Assembly (NCBI RefSeq): GCF_006345805.1
Contig: NC_043004.1
Span: forward strand, 78,554,001 to 78,618,000
Direction: 5' to 3'
DNA from: Octopus sinensis
Taxonomy: Eukaryota
Length of the DNA: 64,000 bases
The number at the start of each line of letters is the position of its first letter. Within the stretch, counting starts at the first letter, position 1. Positions 40,901 through 51,394 of this stretch are shown here, piece after piece. A model generated the notes under the pieces. It had not been told where the DNA came from, searched no databases, and saw only the letters and a list, made by a program, of their open reading frames with translations. Made by a program: the position numbers and the translations under genes.

Positions 40901-43900
40901 AGCTTCAAAGAACAACAACCGTTACTGTATTCTTTGTATTACTTTTGGTTATGGTGGCTATGCAGTAAGAAGCTTGTTTCCCAACCATGTGATTCTGGGT
41001 TCAGTCCCACTGCATGGCATCTTGAATGTTTTCTACTATAACCTCAGGCTGACCAAAGCCTTGTGAGTGGATTTGATAGATGGAAACTGAAAGAAACCTG
41101 CTGCATGGCTGTGTGGTAAGAAGCTTTCTTCCCAACCACAAGGTTCTGGGTTCAGTTCCACTGCATGGCACCTTGAACAAGTGTCTTTTACCATAGACCC
41201 AGGCTGACCAAAACCTTGTGAGTGGATTTGGTAGATGGAAACTGAAAGAAGCCCGTCATATATATATATATATATTTATGGGTGTGTTTGTTTCTGTGTT
41301 TGTCCACCCACCATTGCTTGACAACTGATCTTGGTGTGTTTAGGTCCCTGAAACTTAGCAGTTTGGCAAAAGAAACTGACAGAATAAGTACTAGGCTTAT
41401 AAAGAATAAGTCCTGGGGTCGATTTCTTTGACTAAAGGTGGTGCTCCAGCATGGCCAGTCAAATGACTGAAACGCAAAAGTGAGTATATATATATCATCA
41501 TTTATCATCCATTGTCCATGTTGGCATGGGTTGGAGGGTTTGACCAGGGCTGGCACACTGGAAGGCTGCATCAAACTCCAGTCTGATTTGGCATGGTTTT
41601 CTACAGCTGGATGCCCTTCTTAATGCCAACCACTTTGAGAGTGTAGTGTCATGGGTGCTTTTATGTGCCACCGGCATAAGTACCATTTGCATGACACCAG
41701 TATCTGCCATGACTGTGATTTTGCTTGGTTTGATGGGTCTTCTCAAGTACAACATAATACCAAAGGTCTTGGTCATTGCCTCTATGAGGCCCAACACTTG
41801 AAAGGAGCTTTTCACTTGCCACTGGCATCAACCACTTTGCCTCCATGAGGCCCAACGCTTGAATGGTGCTTTTCAAAAATCAATGGAAATTGTAGTTGTG
41901 ATACCAGTGCCGGTGGCATGTAAAAGAACCATCCGAATGTGGCCGTTGCCAGCGCCACCTCGACTGGCCTCCGTGCCGGTGGCACATAAAAAGCACCAAC
42001 CAATCGTGGCCATTGCCAGCCTCGCCTGGCACCTGTGCCATGAATGTAGTGAGTGCTTTTTACATGCCACTGGCATGAGGGCCAGAAAGGTGATACTGGC
42101 ATCAGCCACGCTCAAATGGTGCTTTTTACGTAGCCAGCATTGGCAAAGATCATGCTCGAATGGTGCCTTTTACGAGCCATCTAATAAGTCCTAAATCTTC
42201 ACATGAAGAATAATGAGCCAAAATATTTATAAAAATAACAATTGCAAAACAATTTAATCCTTACCTGGTAAAGATGCTGTAGTGGAATGTGCTTGGCCTT
42301 TTGTCTTTGATGGTTCTGTGCTGTTTTTATCTGGTGAGGGTAACAAAAAGACATGAAACTGAAATAAATGCTTTCCAACGTTTCTATATTGTAAATTTCA
42401 TTAATGACAGAAATATTTGTACCTGTTAACTCTTTTGGTAAACCACCCACAGTTCTATGATATAAACTGTTTTAAATTGATCATCATCATCATCATTGTC
42501 ATTTAACGTTCACTTTCCATGCTAGCATGGGTTGGACGGTTCGACCGGGGTCTGGGAAGCCAGAAGGCTGCACCAGGCCCAGTCTGATCTGGCAGTGTTT
42601 CTACAGCTGGATGCCCTTCCTAACGCCGACCACTCCGTAGTGTAGTGGGTGCTTTTTACATGTTACCAGCACAGGTGCCAGGTAAGGCTGGCAATGGCCA
42701 TGATCGGTTGGTGCTTTTTTGACTGAGGACTGGCAAACCAGATGGCTGCGTCAGGCTCCAATTTGATCTGGCAGAGCTTTCACAGCCAGATGCCTTTCCT
42801 AATGCCAACCACTCGAGGGCCAGTCTGGCAGTACTGGCTACGACCACACTCAAAATGGTGTTTCTTTACTTGCCACCTGCACAGGAGTCAGTCTGGCAAC
42901 GACCTCGCTCGAATGTTTAGTTCACATGCCACCGGCACAAGTGCCTGTAAAGCGACGCTGGTAACAATCATGCTCAAATGGTGCTTTTTACGTCCCACTG
43001 GTACGGAAGCCAGACAGCTGCTGAGGCAGTGATCCCGCTCGGATGGAGCTGTTAGCGCTTCACTGGCACGGGAGCCAGTCATCGAATTTGATTCAATTTT
43101 GATTTCACTTGCCACAACAGGTCTTCGCAAGCAGAGTTTAGTGTCCAAAGACGGAAAGGTATGCATAAGTGGGCTGGTAAAGGCCACGGTTATGGTCTAA
43201 ATTAAAACTTTCCATTAAAATTTCATACCATTTTATATACTAAAAAGATCCACCCCCACCACTTCAGTCATGAATGACCATGGGATTGCACCTAGAAAGT
43301 TCCCCTCCAAAGCACAAGTCCAAGTAAGGTTGTTTTTGTGGAAAACTATTAATTGCCTATGCATACCAGCCTCTTCTCTCCACGCCACCAATGTTATCCA
43401 AGGGAAAGACAAAGCTTGGCACCAGTGATGCAGCAACTCAATTCTACAGCTGAGTGAACTAGGGCAGCGTGAAATAAAGTGTTTTGCTCAAGAACACAAT
43501 ACAGAGCCCGGTCTGAGAATCGAACTCACTAACTCATGATTGTGAGTTTGACGCTCTAACCACTAAGCCATGTGCCTTCACGCCTTATATACAAAACGCC
43601 CACCTAATAATGCCAAAATTATTTCACTAAATTCTTTATTAGTTTCAAAATTGATTGAAACCAAGGAAATGTATTTCAACAGAAATATGGCAACAAAGGG
43701 TTAACTAATTAAAACCTTCCATCAAAGTTGAATGTTAATTAATGTTCTAAATACCTAACTTATTAACGACAACATTATTTTACTGAATCATCCATTGGTT
43801 TCAAAATTTGGTGAGACAAAAGCATTGTATTTGAAGAGAAACATAATGAAAATGGGTTAAACAAGGTCATATGACTAATTAGAAAGCTCCATTTCAAACA

Positions 43901-46900
43901 GGTGCTTTCAGCAGTGAATTTGATGAGGTGTGGACTTTAGTAACTTATAAAAGCTCTGAATAAATCAGATGTGGTTTTTTGGTAAGTCAATCCTGATCAA
44001 GCAGTTCTATGACCAAGGACGTTCTAGCCATGGCCACCCTCTCATTTAGAAATAATGCATCCTGGACTACATTATCCAAAGAGTCCATCCTTTTTTAAGA
44101 CAGCAGTGATTTGGTTACATAAAGGGTACTGCACTGGTTTACAAAACATCAACAATTCACTACTCTGGACTGGTGCATCATTTTTTACTGCGTCTCCACC
44201 CAAAAGACAAAGTTGACCTCAGCAGGATTTGAAATCAGAATGTAGAGCTGAAAGAACCAGCACAATGAATTCTATCTGACACTAACAACTCAGCCAACTT
44301 TCTGCTTTTAAAGAAAAGATAGAAGAAATACTAAACGAGAAGGCCATTTCAAGGTTTATAGGTACAAATGTGTAAAAGATCAACCTACCAGACAATAGCT
44401 TCTTTTCAGAAACATCCGCATTTTTACCTGAAAATAAAAAGAAAATGGAAAAATATTAATACCTAATACAGTCTGAATGTATATCTTATTTAATTCCAAA
44501 ACATGTAAACCTCACTAGTGCTGGTGCAATGATAAAAAAGCATTTAATCATAAAGTGGTTAGAGCTGGGAAAGCAACAAGAGATTGTTACGTCCCAAGAA
44601 TGGCAACTTCTCTAATGCTGGTGCTACAACAAACTGCACCAAGTGCATTAAGAAGGGCATCCAGCTGTAGAAACCTAAGCAAAATTGAAGAAGACAAATG
44701 AAGTTTGGTTTTCCCATCTGTCTAGAAAGTCTGTATCGCTAAATAAGAACCAACTTGGACTGCGGTGGTCTCTCTGACTCATATCAGCAAGGAAAACAGA
44801 TGTAAAATGATAAAGCTGATCATGTTTAACAATTTTTTCAGCACTTAAGTGTTTGAAACAGACATTTTAATGAAATGCTTCTCACAGAACATCTCTTAAC
44901 TCTTTGACTTCACAAGTAAGTACCAGCAGGTGTGATTATGCTTCACTCTGCTCCTGGGGGACACAAAAACAGGCAGCCACATTGTTTTGTGCTTATGGTT
45001 TGCTAATTGAAAGAAACATTGATATTTTCAGTTGTAAACACGAACCCATGTGGCTGTCCATTCTTGCATCTTCCAGGAATAATAGAGACAAATGAAATTT
45101 GTTAAAAGCAGACACACGCTTTGAAAGGGTTAAGAATTCTATTACTTTTTTTCAAAAACAATAAAAGAACCTCGTCGTTCATCATCGTTTAACGTCTGTT
45201 TTCCATGCTAGCATGGGTTGGACGATTTGACTGAGGGCTGGCGAACCAGATGGCTGCACCAGGCTCCAATCTTGATTTGGCAGAGTTTCGACAGCTGGAT
45301 GCCCTTCCTAATGCCAACCACTCCGAGAGTGTAGTGGGTGCTTTGTATGTGCCACCAGCACGGGGGCCAGTCAGGCAGTACTGGCAGCGACCTAGCTCGA
45401 ATGTCTGAAATAAAGTCACAATATCTGCAACAGAGTTGTTACTGTTGCTTAACCTCAGACCAACAGACCTGACATTCCAGTCACGACCATTCCATCAACT
45501 ACTATAATATCTACAGTGTCCTTCCTCTTTTTCTAGGATGTCAATTTGAAGAAAATTTAGCCACTATTTCTAACAGACTGAGTGACCTCAAGGAAGCTCC
45601 CTTCTTGGATAGCCTACACCTGAATTTGAGCTCCTGTTGCATTAAACATGTTACCCAGGACCGCAGCGTCCCAACTTCTACATACTTGATTACAGTCAAC
45701 AGTTTAACAAATATCATGAAATAAACAAATAGAATTTTTAAAATTTTAAAACTTACGAAGTTTGGCCCTTTTCCTTTTTTTCTTCTGTGAAGAATTTTGA
45801 GTCAATTTTCTCTTTGGTGCTTGTTCTATTGATTCCTACAATGAGAAAATATTTATAATAACTACAATTCAGTTGGTAGTATATCAGTGGAAAATATTTT
45901 ACATGGCACCAGAAGTATGGTAAGAAGTTTGCTTCCCAACCACATCGTTTTGGATTCAGTCCCCCAGCTTGGCACCTTGTCAAGTGTCTTCTACTATAGT
46001 CCTGGCCTGACCAAAGCCTTGTAAGTGGAACTGCTAGACAGAAACTGAAAGAAGCCTGTCATAAAAATACACACACATACACATATACATATATAGTGGT
46101 TGTTTTCAACCTTATGCAGAGTTTGACCACCTCCTGTACCTACACCTTATGGCATCTGATGTGGCTTTTTAAACCAGGCAATGTTTTCAAAAGACCCCCA
46201 CATAGATTGCATATCCGATTTGGACCACCAAGAGCTGCAGATAAGTTCTGATTTTTGTGGATCTTAAAATGTGTTTTGAGGCCTCTGTTGGATTTGCAAA
46301 CCTGGCATACATTGCATTCAAAGGTGTGCACAGACATATAGGCAGAATATACACACATCAAATCATTTTAATGGTCACTGTTCCATGGTTGCATGGATCA
46401 GAATTTTCTATGGCCAATTGCCTTTCCTGTTGCACTTCAAGTATATCCACTTTCACAGGTGTTGCATAAAAAGAATAATGATTCAACACCAGAATGGTAA
46501 ACAATGATGCAAGCAGGAAATAACACTGCTACCTTTATAATGAATGTGATTTTGGCTTGAGCAGTGGTATAAAAAGCACTTGTCATGATGACATGGCTCA
46601 ACAAAGAAAACAAGAAATCTTTAAGACGAGTACTAGGCTGACTTCAGTTATGAAGTCCTAATAATATTTCAAGACGTGGAAATGTCGAGTGTTTCAGTGA
46701 GAAGTGAAACTGTACTATGAGTTTAGTATTTTGTGAATATTTTATATAACCTTGTGGCCTATGCCAGGGGTGTAACCAGCCCACTTATGTGTACCTTTCT
46801 TTCATTTGACACTAAACTCTGCTTGCAAAGACCTGTTGAGGCAAGTGAAATTGAAATCAAATTCGATGACTGGCATCCGTGCTAGTGGAGTGCTAAGAGT

Positions 46901-48391
46901 TCTATACAAGCATGATCATTGCCAGAGCAAGAAGCTGGCCTCCGTGCCGGTGGCACGTAAAAAACACCATTCAAGCATGATTGTTACCTGTATCGCCTTA
47001 CTGGCACTTATTGGCACATGAAAAAAAATTCGAGCGAGGTCGTTGCCAGTGCCGCTGGACTGGCTCTTGTGCAGGTGGCACATAAACAGCACCACTTGAG
47101 TGTGGCCGTTGCCAGTACCACCTGACTGGCCCTCGTGCCGATGGCAATTAAGAGCACCCACTACACTCTCGGAGCAGTTGGCGTTAGGAAAGGCATCCAG
47201 CTGTAGAAACTCTGCCAGATCAGATTGGAGTCTGGTGCCGCCATCTGGTTCGCCAGACCTCAGTCAAATCTTCCAACCCATGCTAGCATGGAAACCGGAC
47301 GTTAAACGATGATGATGATGAATATGTCTTTAATATGTAAATAACAGTTCATGCTTTTTGAGTGTTTGCCCCTGATTAAATATATTTCAAATGGTTGTAA
47401 ATTCCATTGGCAAAGGTGGCAGAATTGTGAGCACGCCGGACAAAAATGCTTAGCAGCATTTCGCTAGACTTTACGAGTTCAAATTCCGTCGGGGTTGACT
47501 TTGCTTTTCAGCCTTTCAGGTTCGATAAATAAATATCAGTTGAGTATAGGGGTTGATGTAATCTAATTACCCTCCCCACCAAATTGCTGGCCTTGTGCCA
47601 TATGAAACCATTAATTCCAATGGCAGTTCGATCTGTCACTTGATCGAGATATGAGAAAATAAAGTATCACATGTAAATCACACGTCAATATTTAAATAAA
47701 TTCTGTATTACGCGACAATTTGTTTTTATGGTGATGGAGTACAGTGGCACCTTAATCATTAATTAGTTAATTACTAAGCGATCAGACAACGAAAGAACAG
47801 CGAACTTTCAGAATAGCAATCATTACCTCATGGTGAAGAAAAAAAACAAGGAAGAAAAGGTTTTGTCCAAATGACGTTAATCAGGGCCCCAAACAAAATG
47901 TGTTTGACACAAGTCTAGGTGGAGAATTTTCTCCCAGGATTTATCATTGCAGCGTTAGGTTTTTAGGACGAACGATTACAATCGAATATAGCACTGGTTA
48001 CATACACAAATATAATTCTTTTTTAAATTTTGTACCCCGACTCTCCATTTCATGCCCCTTCCGCGTAAATATTTACTCTTACACTCATCTCATGAGCTGG
48101 TGTTATCCTAAAATAATACCGAAAAGAGTTGAAACAGGCGAGAAATTAAAGAAAACACAGCAAGCAGGACGGACGTGGACATGACGCACACGTGGGTTGG
48201 TGGATATAGACAGGACATTCACACATAACAAGCAACATATATATACTTACAGAGCCTAAAATAATCTGTCCATTCACAATTTTATAGTCAGTAACTTCTT
48301 CTATGCAGACAAGGTTCCTAAATTCCTTGTCAGAAAAAAATTGTGGGTCGATCTCGATCGGTTTCCAATCTGATTCAGATTTGTTCGCCAT
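23138..48391 (-). CDS. DDX24: ATP-dependent DEAD-box RNA helicase DDX24/MAK5 orthologue, 17 coding exons, about 766 aa
   Basis: Hand-spliced exons give one open frame (2301 nt incl. stop) with Q motif GFTQPTPIQ, motif I AATGSGKT, Ia [44 protein letters not shown] and HRSGRTAR. It also has DDX24-specific N-terminal [18 protein letters not shown], a long acidic insert between motifs I and Ia, and C-terminal [14 protein letters not shown] and TKYPT motifs. All introns GT-AG with consistent phases. Confidence 0.97.
23831..23991 (-). CDS. DDX24: DDX24 exon 16
   Basis: [20 protein letters not shown]...[11 protein letters not shown]; 161 nt, phase 2->1. Confidence 0.92.
24549..24762. repeat. Inverted pair of tRNA-like heads (about 84-bp arms)
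   Basis: AAGTCCCTGCCTGGG...GTAGGCCTAC and GTAGGTCTAC...CCCAGGCAGAGACTT are imperfect reverse complements; D-loop-like TAGTGGATAAG and T-loop-like GAGTTCAGTCC. Confidence 0.85.
25556..25636 (-). CDS. DDX24: DDX24 exon 15
   Basis: [26 protein letters not shown]; 81 nt, phase 2->2; donor GTATCC is weak. Confidence 0.9.
26000..26915 (+). mobile_element. 5'-truncated RTE LINE in DDX24 intron 14, antisense; parent of about 20 shorter 3'-end copies in both orientations between 18.6 and 47.3 kb
   Basis: [33 protein letters not shown] continuous with the 3' UTR ending GGACGATAAACGATGAAGATG. Confidence 0.88.
27518..27673. repeat. 26-bp minisatellite (about 6 units) inside an RTE 3'-UTR copy
   Basis: TGCTGGTACCACGTATAGAGCACTTG-type units in direct tandem without spacers. 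Confidence 0.85.
28127..28223 (-). CDS. DDX24: DDX24 exon 14 (absent from ORF track)
   Basis: [31 protein letters not shown]; 97 nt, phase 1->2. Confidence 0.93.
29712..29829 (-). CDS. DDX24: DDX24 exon 13 (motif VI; absent from ORF track)
   Basis: [39 protein letters not shown]; 118 nt, phase 0->1. Confidence 0.96.
31708..31811 (-). CDS. DDX24: DDX24 exon 12 (motif V)
   Basis: [26 protein letters not shown]; 104 nt, phase 1->0. Confidence 0.96.
32888..33065 (-). CDS. DDX24: DDX24 exon 11 (motif IV, QxxR)
   Basis: [21 protein letters not shown]...[17 protein letters not shown]; 178 nt, phase 0->1. Confidence 0.96.
33239..34049. mobile_element. Fold-back mariner derivative made of two inverted 3' ends, with a SINE inserted in the left arm
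   Basis: TA|TGAGCGTGAGTCAAAAAGTAATG ... CATTACTTTTTGATTCACCCTCA|TA; 226-bp arms; transposase C-terminus [27 protein letters not shown]; SINE 33320-33550 flanked by a 24-bp TSD (33296-33319, 33551-33574). Confidence 0.92.
34763..34881 (-). CDS. DDX24: DDX24 exon 10
   Basis: [18 protein letters not shown]...[11 protein letters not shown]; 119 nt, phase 1->0. Confidence 0.92.
35532..35905 (-). mobile_element. Tc1/mariner-superfamily (DD37D/maT-like) transposase 3' fragment with TIR
   Basis: [42 protein letters not shown]; terminus TA|CAGGGTGACCCAG. Confidence 0.85.
36673..36806 (-). CDS. DDX24: DDX24 exon 9 (SAT motif)
   Basis: [14 protein letters not shown]; 134 nt, phase 2->1. Confidence 0.95.
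37870..37988 (-). CDS. DDX24: DDX24 exon 8 (DEAD motif)
   Basis: [19 protein letters not shown]; 119 nt, phase 0->2. Confidence 0.96.
38961..39071 (-). CDS. DDX24: DDX24 exon 7 (GG doublet, TPGRL)
   Basis: [37 protein letters not shown]; 111 nt, phase 0->0. Confidence 0.96.
39899..40306 (-). CDS. DDX24: DDX24 exon 6 (GSGKT, acidic insert, motif Ia)
   Basis: [11 protein letters not shown]...[17 protein letters not shown]; 408 nt, phase 0->0. Confidence 0.96.
40723..40871 (-). CDS. DDX24: DDX24 exon 5 (Q motif, start of motif I)
   Basis: [30 protein letters not shown]...GAAAT; 149 nt, phase 1->0. Confidence 0.96.
42265..42330 (-). CDS. DDX24: DDX24 exon 4, 66-nt symmetric exon ([22 protein letters not shown])
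   Basis: Acceptor CCCTCACCAG|, donor CAG|GTAAGG; phase 1->1 and open; not validated by homology. Confidence 0.7.
44389..44427 (-). CDS. DDX24: DDX24 exon 3, 39-nt symmetric micro-exon ([13 protein letters not shown])
   Basis: Strong acceptor TTTTTATTTTCAG|, donor G|GTAGGT; phase 1->1 and open; not validated by homology. Confidence 0.65.
45757..45835 (-). CDS. DDX24: DDX24 exon 2 ([26 protein letters not shown])
   Basis: Acceptor TTGTAG|, donor C|GTAAGT; 79 nt, phase 0->1; basic APKRK patch as in DDX24 N-termini. Confidence 0.85.
46085..46365 (-). mobile_element. RTE-like LINE 3' remnant with two C2H2 fingers in DDX24 intron 1 (sense)
   Basis: [20 protein letters not shown] and [21 protein letters not shown], then GGTGGTCAAACTC 3' motif and a microsatellite tail like the 14.1-15.1 kb copy. 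Confidence 0.7.
48251..48391 (-). CDS. DDX24: DDX24 coding exon 1 ([16 protein letters not shown]...IILGS)
   Basis: ATG at 48391; donor TCT|GTAAGT; 141 nt, phase 0. Confidence 0.93.
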
Positions 48392-49090
48392 CTTAAAAAC
48401 AGTTTCTATAAAACTCGGAATGGAAACCGGTGTCTTGTTAACGAAATAAAATTCGAAATATTTATAAAGAACATTATGCTACTTCACCTACCTATAATCA
48501 TTATATCATGATATATTTAAATTTAATTGTAATTAATATAATTAATTATCTAATTATTACTGATTAGACCAACATTTAATGTAAGTGCTCAAGAAATAGT
48601 GAAAGATGTACTTAAGGTAAGAAGGTTACTTCCCTTGCATCAAGAAACGGTGGGATCCAATACAGACATTGGGTTGTCAGATAAATTCGTTCGTTTTTGT
48701 CTTGTTTTATCGTGACTTTTTGCTTAGTACTATTATTTGTTGGGGGGGGGGCTTAAATTTATACAAATTTCAAAAATGATAAACAAAAGTTGTAGAGGAA
48801 GAATAGAACTACAAGAAGCCATAAACATTCCCATAAAAGTAATTTTCGTGTTAATTCAAGTAGTATTGGAAAGGATTAAAATGGTAAAAAAAAAAAAAAA
48901 TAGAATGAATTTATGTGACAACCCAGTATTTTCTGTCGGTCATTTTCTGAGTAAAAGAAGTTCGGCTCCGCTTAATAATTTCTTTCTTAGAAAATCAGAA
49001 AACCGACGACTATTGATCTTTAGATGACTTAATTTGCTTGCGTTGTCGTTGCAGTTGATATTCTATAGGATTGGTCTGGAGGAATGGACG

Positions 49091-50192
49091 ACTTCTTTCT
49101 TTTGCTGCTGGTTCTGGAACCATGGCCATGCCCATTGTTGTTCCTTTAACTTTGGGGAGTTTAATGCTGTTAATGTTCTGTTTGAATAGTTTCAGGTTGG
49201 GGGAAGCACTCCGTCGGTTACGGCGATGAGGGTTCCGGTTGATCCGAATCAACGGAACAGCCTGCTCGTGAAATTAACGTGTAAGTGGCTGAGCACTCCA
49301 CAGACACGTGTACCCTTAACGTAGTTCTCGGGGATATTCAGCATGACACAGAGAGTGACAAGGCCGGCCCCTTAAAATACAGGTACAACAGAAACAGGAA
49401 GTAAGAGTGAGAGAAAGTTGCGGCAGAAGAGTACAGCAGGGATCACTACCCCCACCCCCTGCCGGAGCCTCGTGGAGTTTTTTAGGTGTTTTCGCTCAAT
49501 AAACACTCACAACGCCCGGTCTGGGAATCGAAACCGCGAGTCCGCTGCCCTAACCACTGGGCCATTGCGCCTCCACTGTTTCAGGTTAACATCTATGCGA
49601 AAGACATCAGCTGGGAGTAAATTCCAGGGAGATTCTAAGAGTGAAGGCGCGTGGCCTAGTGGTTAGGCTGTTGTACTTACAATCTCAAGATCGCGATTTC
49701 GGTTCCTGGACCGGGCGGTGTGGTGTATTCTTGAGCAAAATACTTCATTTCACGTTAGTCGGTTTCACTCAGCTGTACATGAGTAATTCTGCAACAGACT
49801 GGCGACTTGTTTAGGGACGATGATGCGATCTCGGTCACTTACGCGGCGAAAGTAAAGAATACGCACACCCGGTGTTTAGGGTTAGGGTTTTTGTTACGCC
49901 GAAAACGGATGGTGTGCGTATTCTTTATCCTCTTACGCACCATGGAAACCGAATAACTGGCCCTATGAGTCGTAGGACTTGAGACTGTAATGTTTAGGGG
50001 TTGGTGAAGATTATGACGTTCTGGGGAGGGAGGACTGACACCCTGTTGTCAATGCAGAGGCGTTGTCAGGTTCTAATTAGAAGAAACCTGAAACTATTCA
50101 AACAGAACATTAACAGCATTAAACTCCCCAAAGTTAAAGGAACAACAATGGATATGGCCATGGTTCCAGAACCAGCAGCAAAAGAAAGAAGT
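49091..50192. repeat. 108-bp inverted duplication enclosing an 886-bp repeat-rich segment
   Basis: 49091-49198 is the reverse complement of 50085-50192 with 2 mismatches. Confidence 0.95.
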
Positions 50193-50280
50193 TGCAGAAG
50201 TATGCAGTGAACAATAAACTTAGCTCAACAGATTTTTCGATGTACTTTTATATAGAACATATAATTTGACTTCGTTTTGG

Positions 50281-50884
50281 GGATATTTTCGGTTTGACCG
50301 GCAGTTTTTAAAAATAGGTTCCACGTAACTAAACACTTTTAAACTTCGTATACTGGTAGAATGTATTTATAAAACATCTTTTTCTCTTGGCTTTATTGAG
50401 AAAATTCTATAGTTTGTAAGATATTTGTTGTTGTTTTTTCTTCTTCAATTTCTGCAATTTCAACCAATCAATGACGTCTATTGAGGTGAAAACATTCTGT
50501 GCCGTTTGAATATGTATCATTTCTTAAGCAACATTTGTAGTATTCTTTTGCTGCTAAGCCTTTACTTGGAAACTCAGCTTCAAAAATTTTATGCATTTTC
50601 TTAGCAGAACACCTTCTCCCATACTTCCACAACCTGCACTCTTTCCGCCAATGAGAACGCCATCTTGCAGAAAAAGGTTAGAAACGTTCACTTAATTCAA
50701 TCTTGCAATCAACTAATATGCTGAAGAAAAAAAATAACAAATATCTTACAAACTATAGAATTTTCTCAATAAAGCCAAGAGAAAAAGATGTTTTATAAGC
50801 ACATTCTACCAGTATACGAAGTTTAAAAGTGTTTAGTTACGTGGAACTTATTTTAAAAAACTGCCGGTCAAACCGAAAAGATCC
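50281..50884. mobile_element. MITE/deleted DNA transposon with about 170-bp TIRs
   Basis: GGATATTTTCGGTTTGACCGGCAG... / ...CTGCCGGTCAAACCGAAAAGATCC; internal minus-strand ATG at 50663 (MAFSLAERVQVVE) resembles a transposase N-terminus; no TSD seen. Confidence 0.85.
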
Positions 50885-51304
50885 AGAGATTCTACAGTTC
50901 GAACCCTGAATGTTATTCAGGACATTTGCCGAAGGATTACTCGAAGTCCAAAGAAGTCAACATGTAAATTGGCGCTGCAGTCTCACTTAAGCAAGAATTC
51001 ATGCCAGTGGGTGTTGAAAAGTCCAAAGTTGAATTCATATCATTTCACATATGTACAGCAATTAAGAATGGATGGCAAAAGCAAAAGAGGCAATAACCAT
51101 ACAGGGCTTCTGAATAGCGTTGCTAATGGCGAGCTACAACCATTCCAGCACTTGCAAATTTATTACAGGGATAAGGACTATGCTACGGCACCCGGCTTAC
51201 TTTTTCATGCGCCACCCTTTATAATGGTTGGTTCCTTCCACATTGTTGCATCTTACACAATAAATGAGAAGTTAATATTTTCCCTCCTCCAACCTTTATA
51301 TCAA

Positions 51305-51305
<1 letters not shown>

Positions 51306-51392
<87 letters not shown>
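51306..51392. repeat. (GATA)n microsatellite
   Basis: Directly visible. Confidence 0.97.

Positions 51393-51394
<2 letters not shown>

Noticed and set aside
49853-49927. Telomerase RNA template (CCCTAACCCTAA on the minus strand)
   Set aside because: The template-like sequence sits in a 41-nt loop that is too small for the template/pseudoknot core; I saw no CR4/5 or H/ACA domain; the context is repetitive.
50969-51316. 115-aa plus-strand ORF upstream of DDX24
   Set aside because: TTG start, no recognisable domain, and it runs into a (GATA)n repeat; consistent with a chance ORF.
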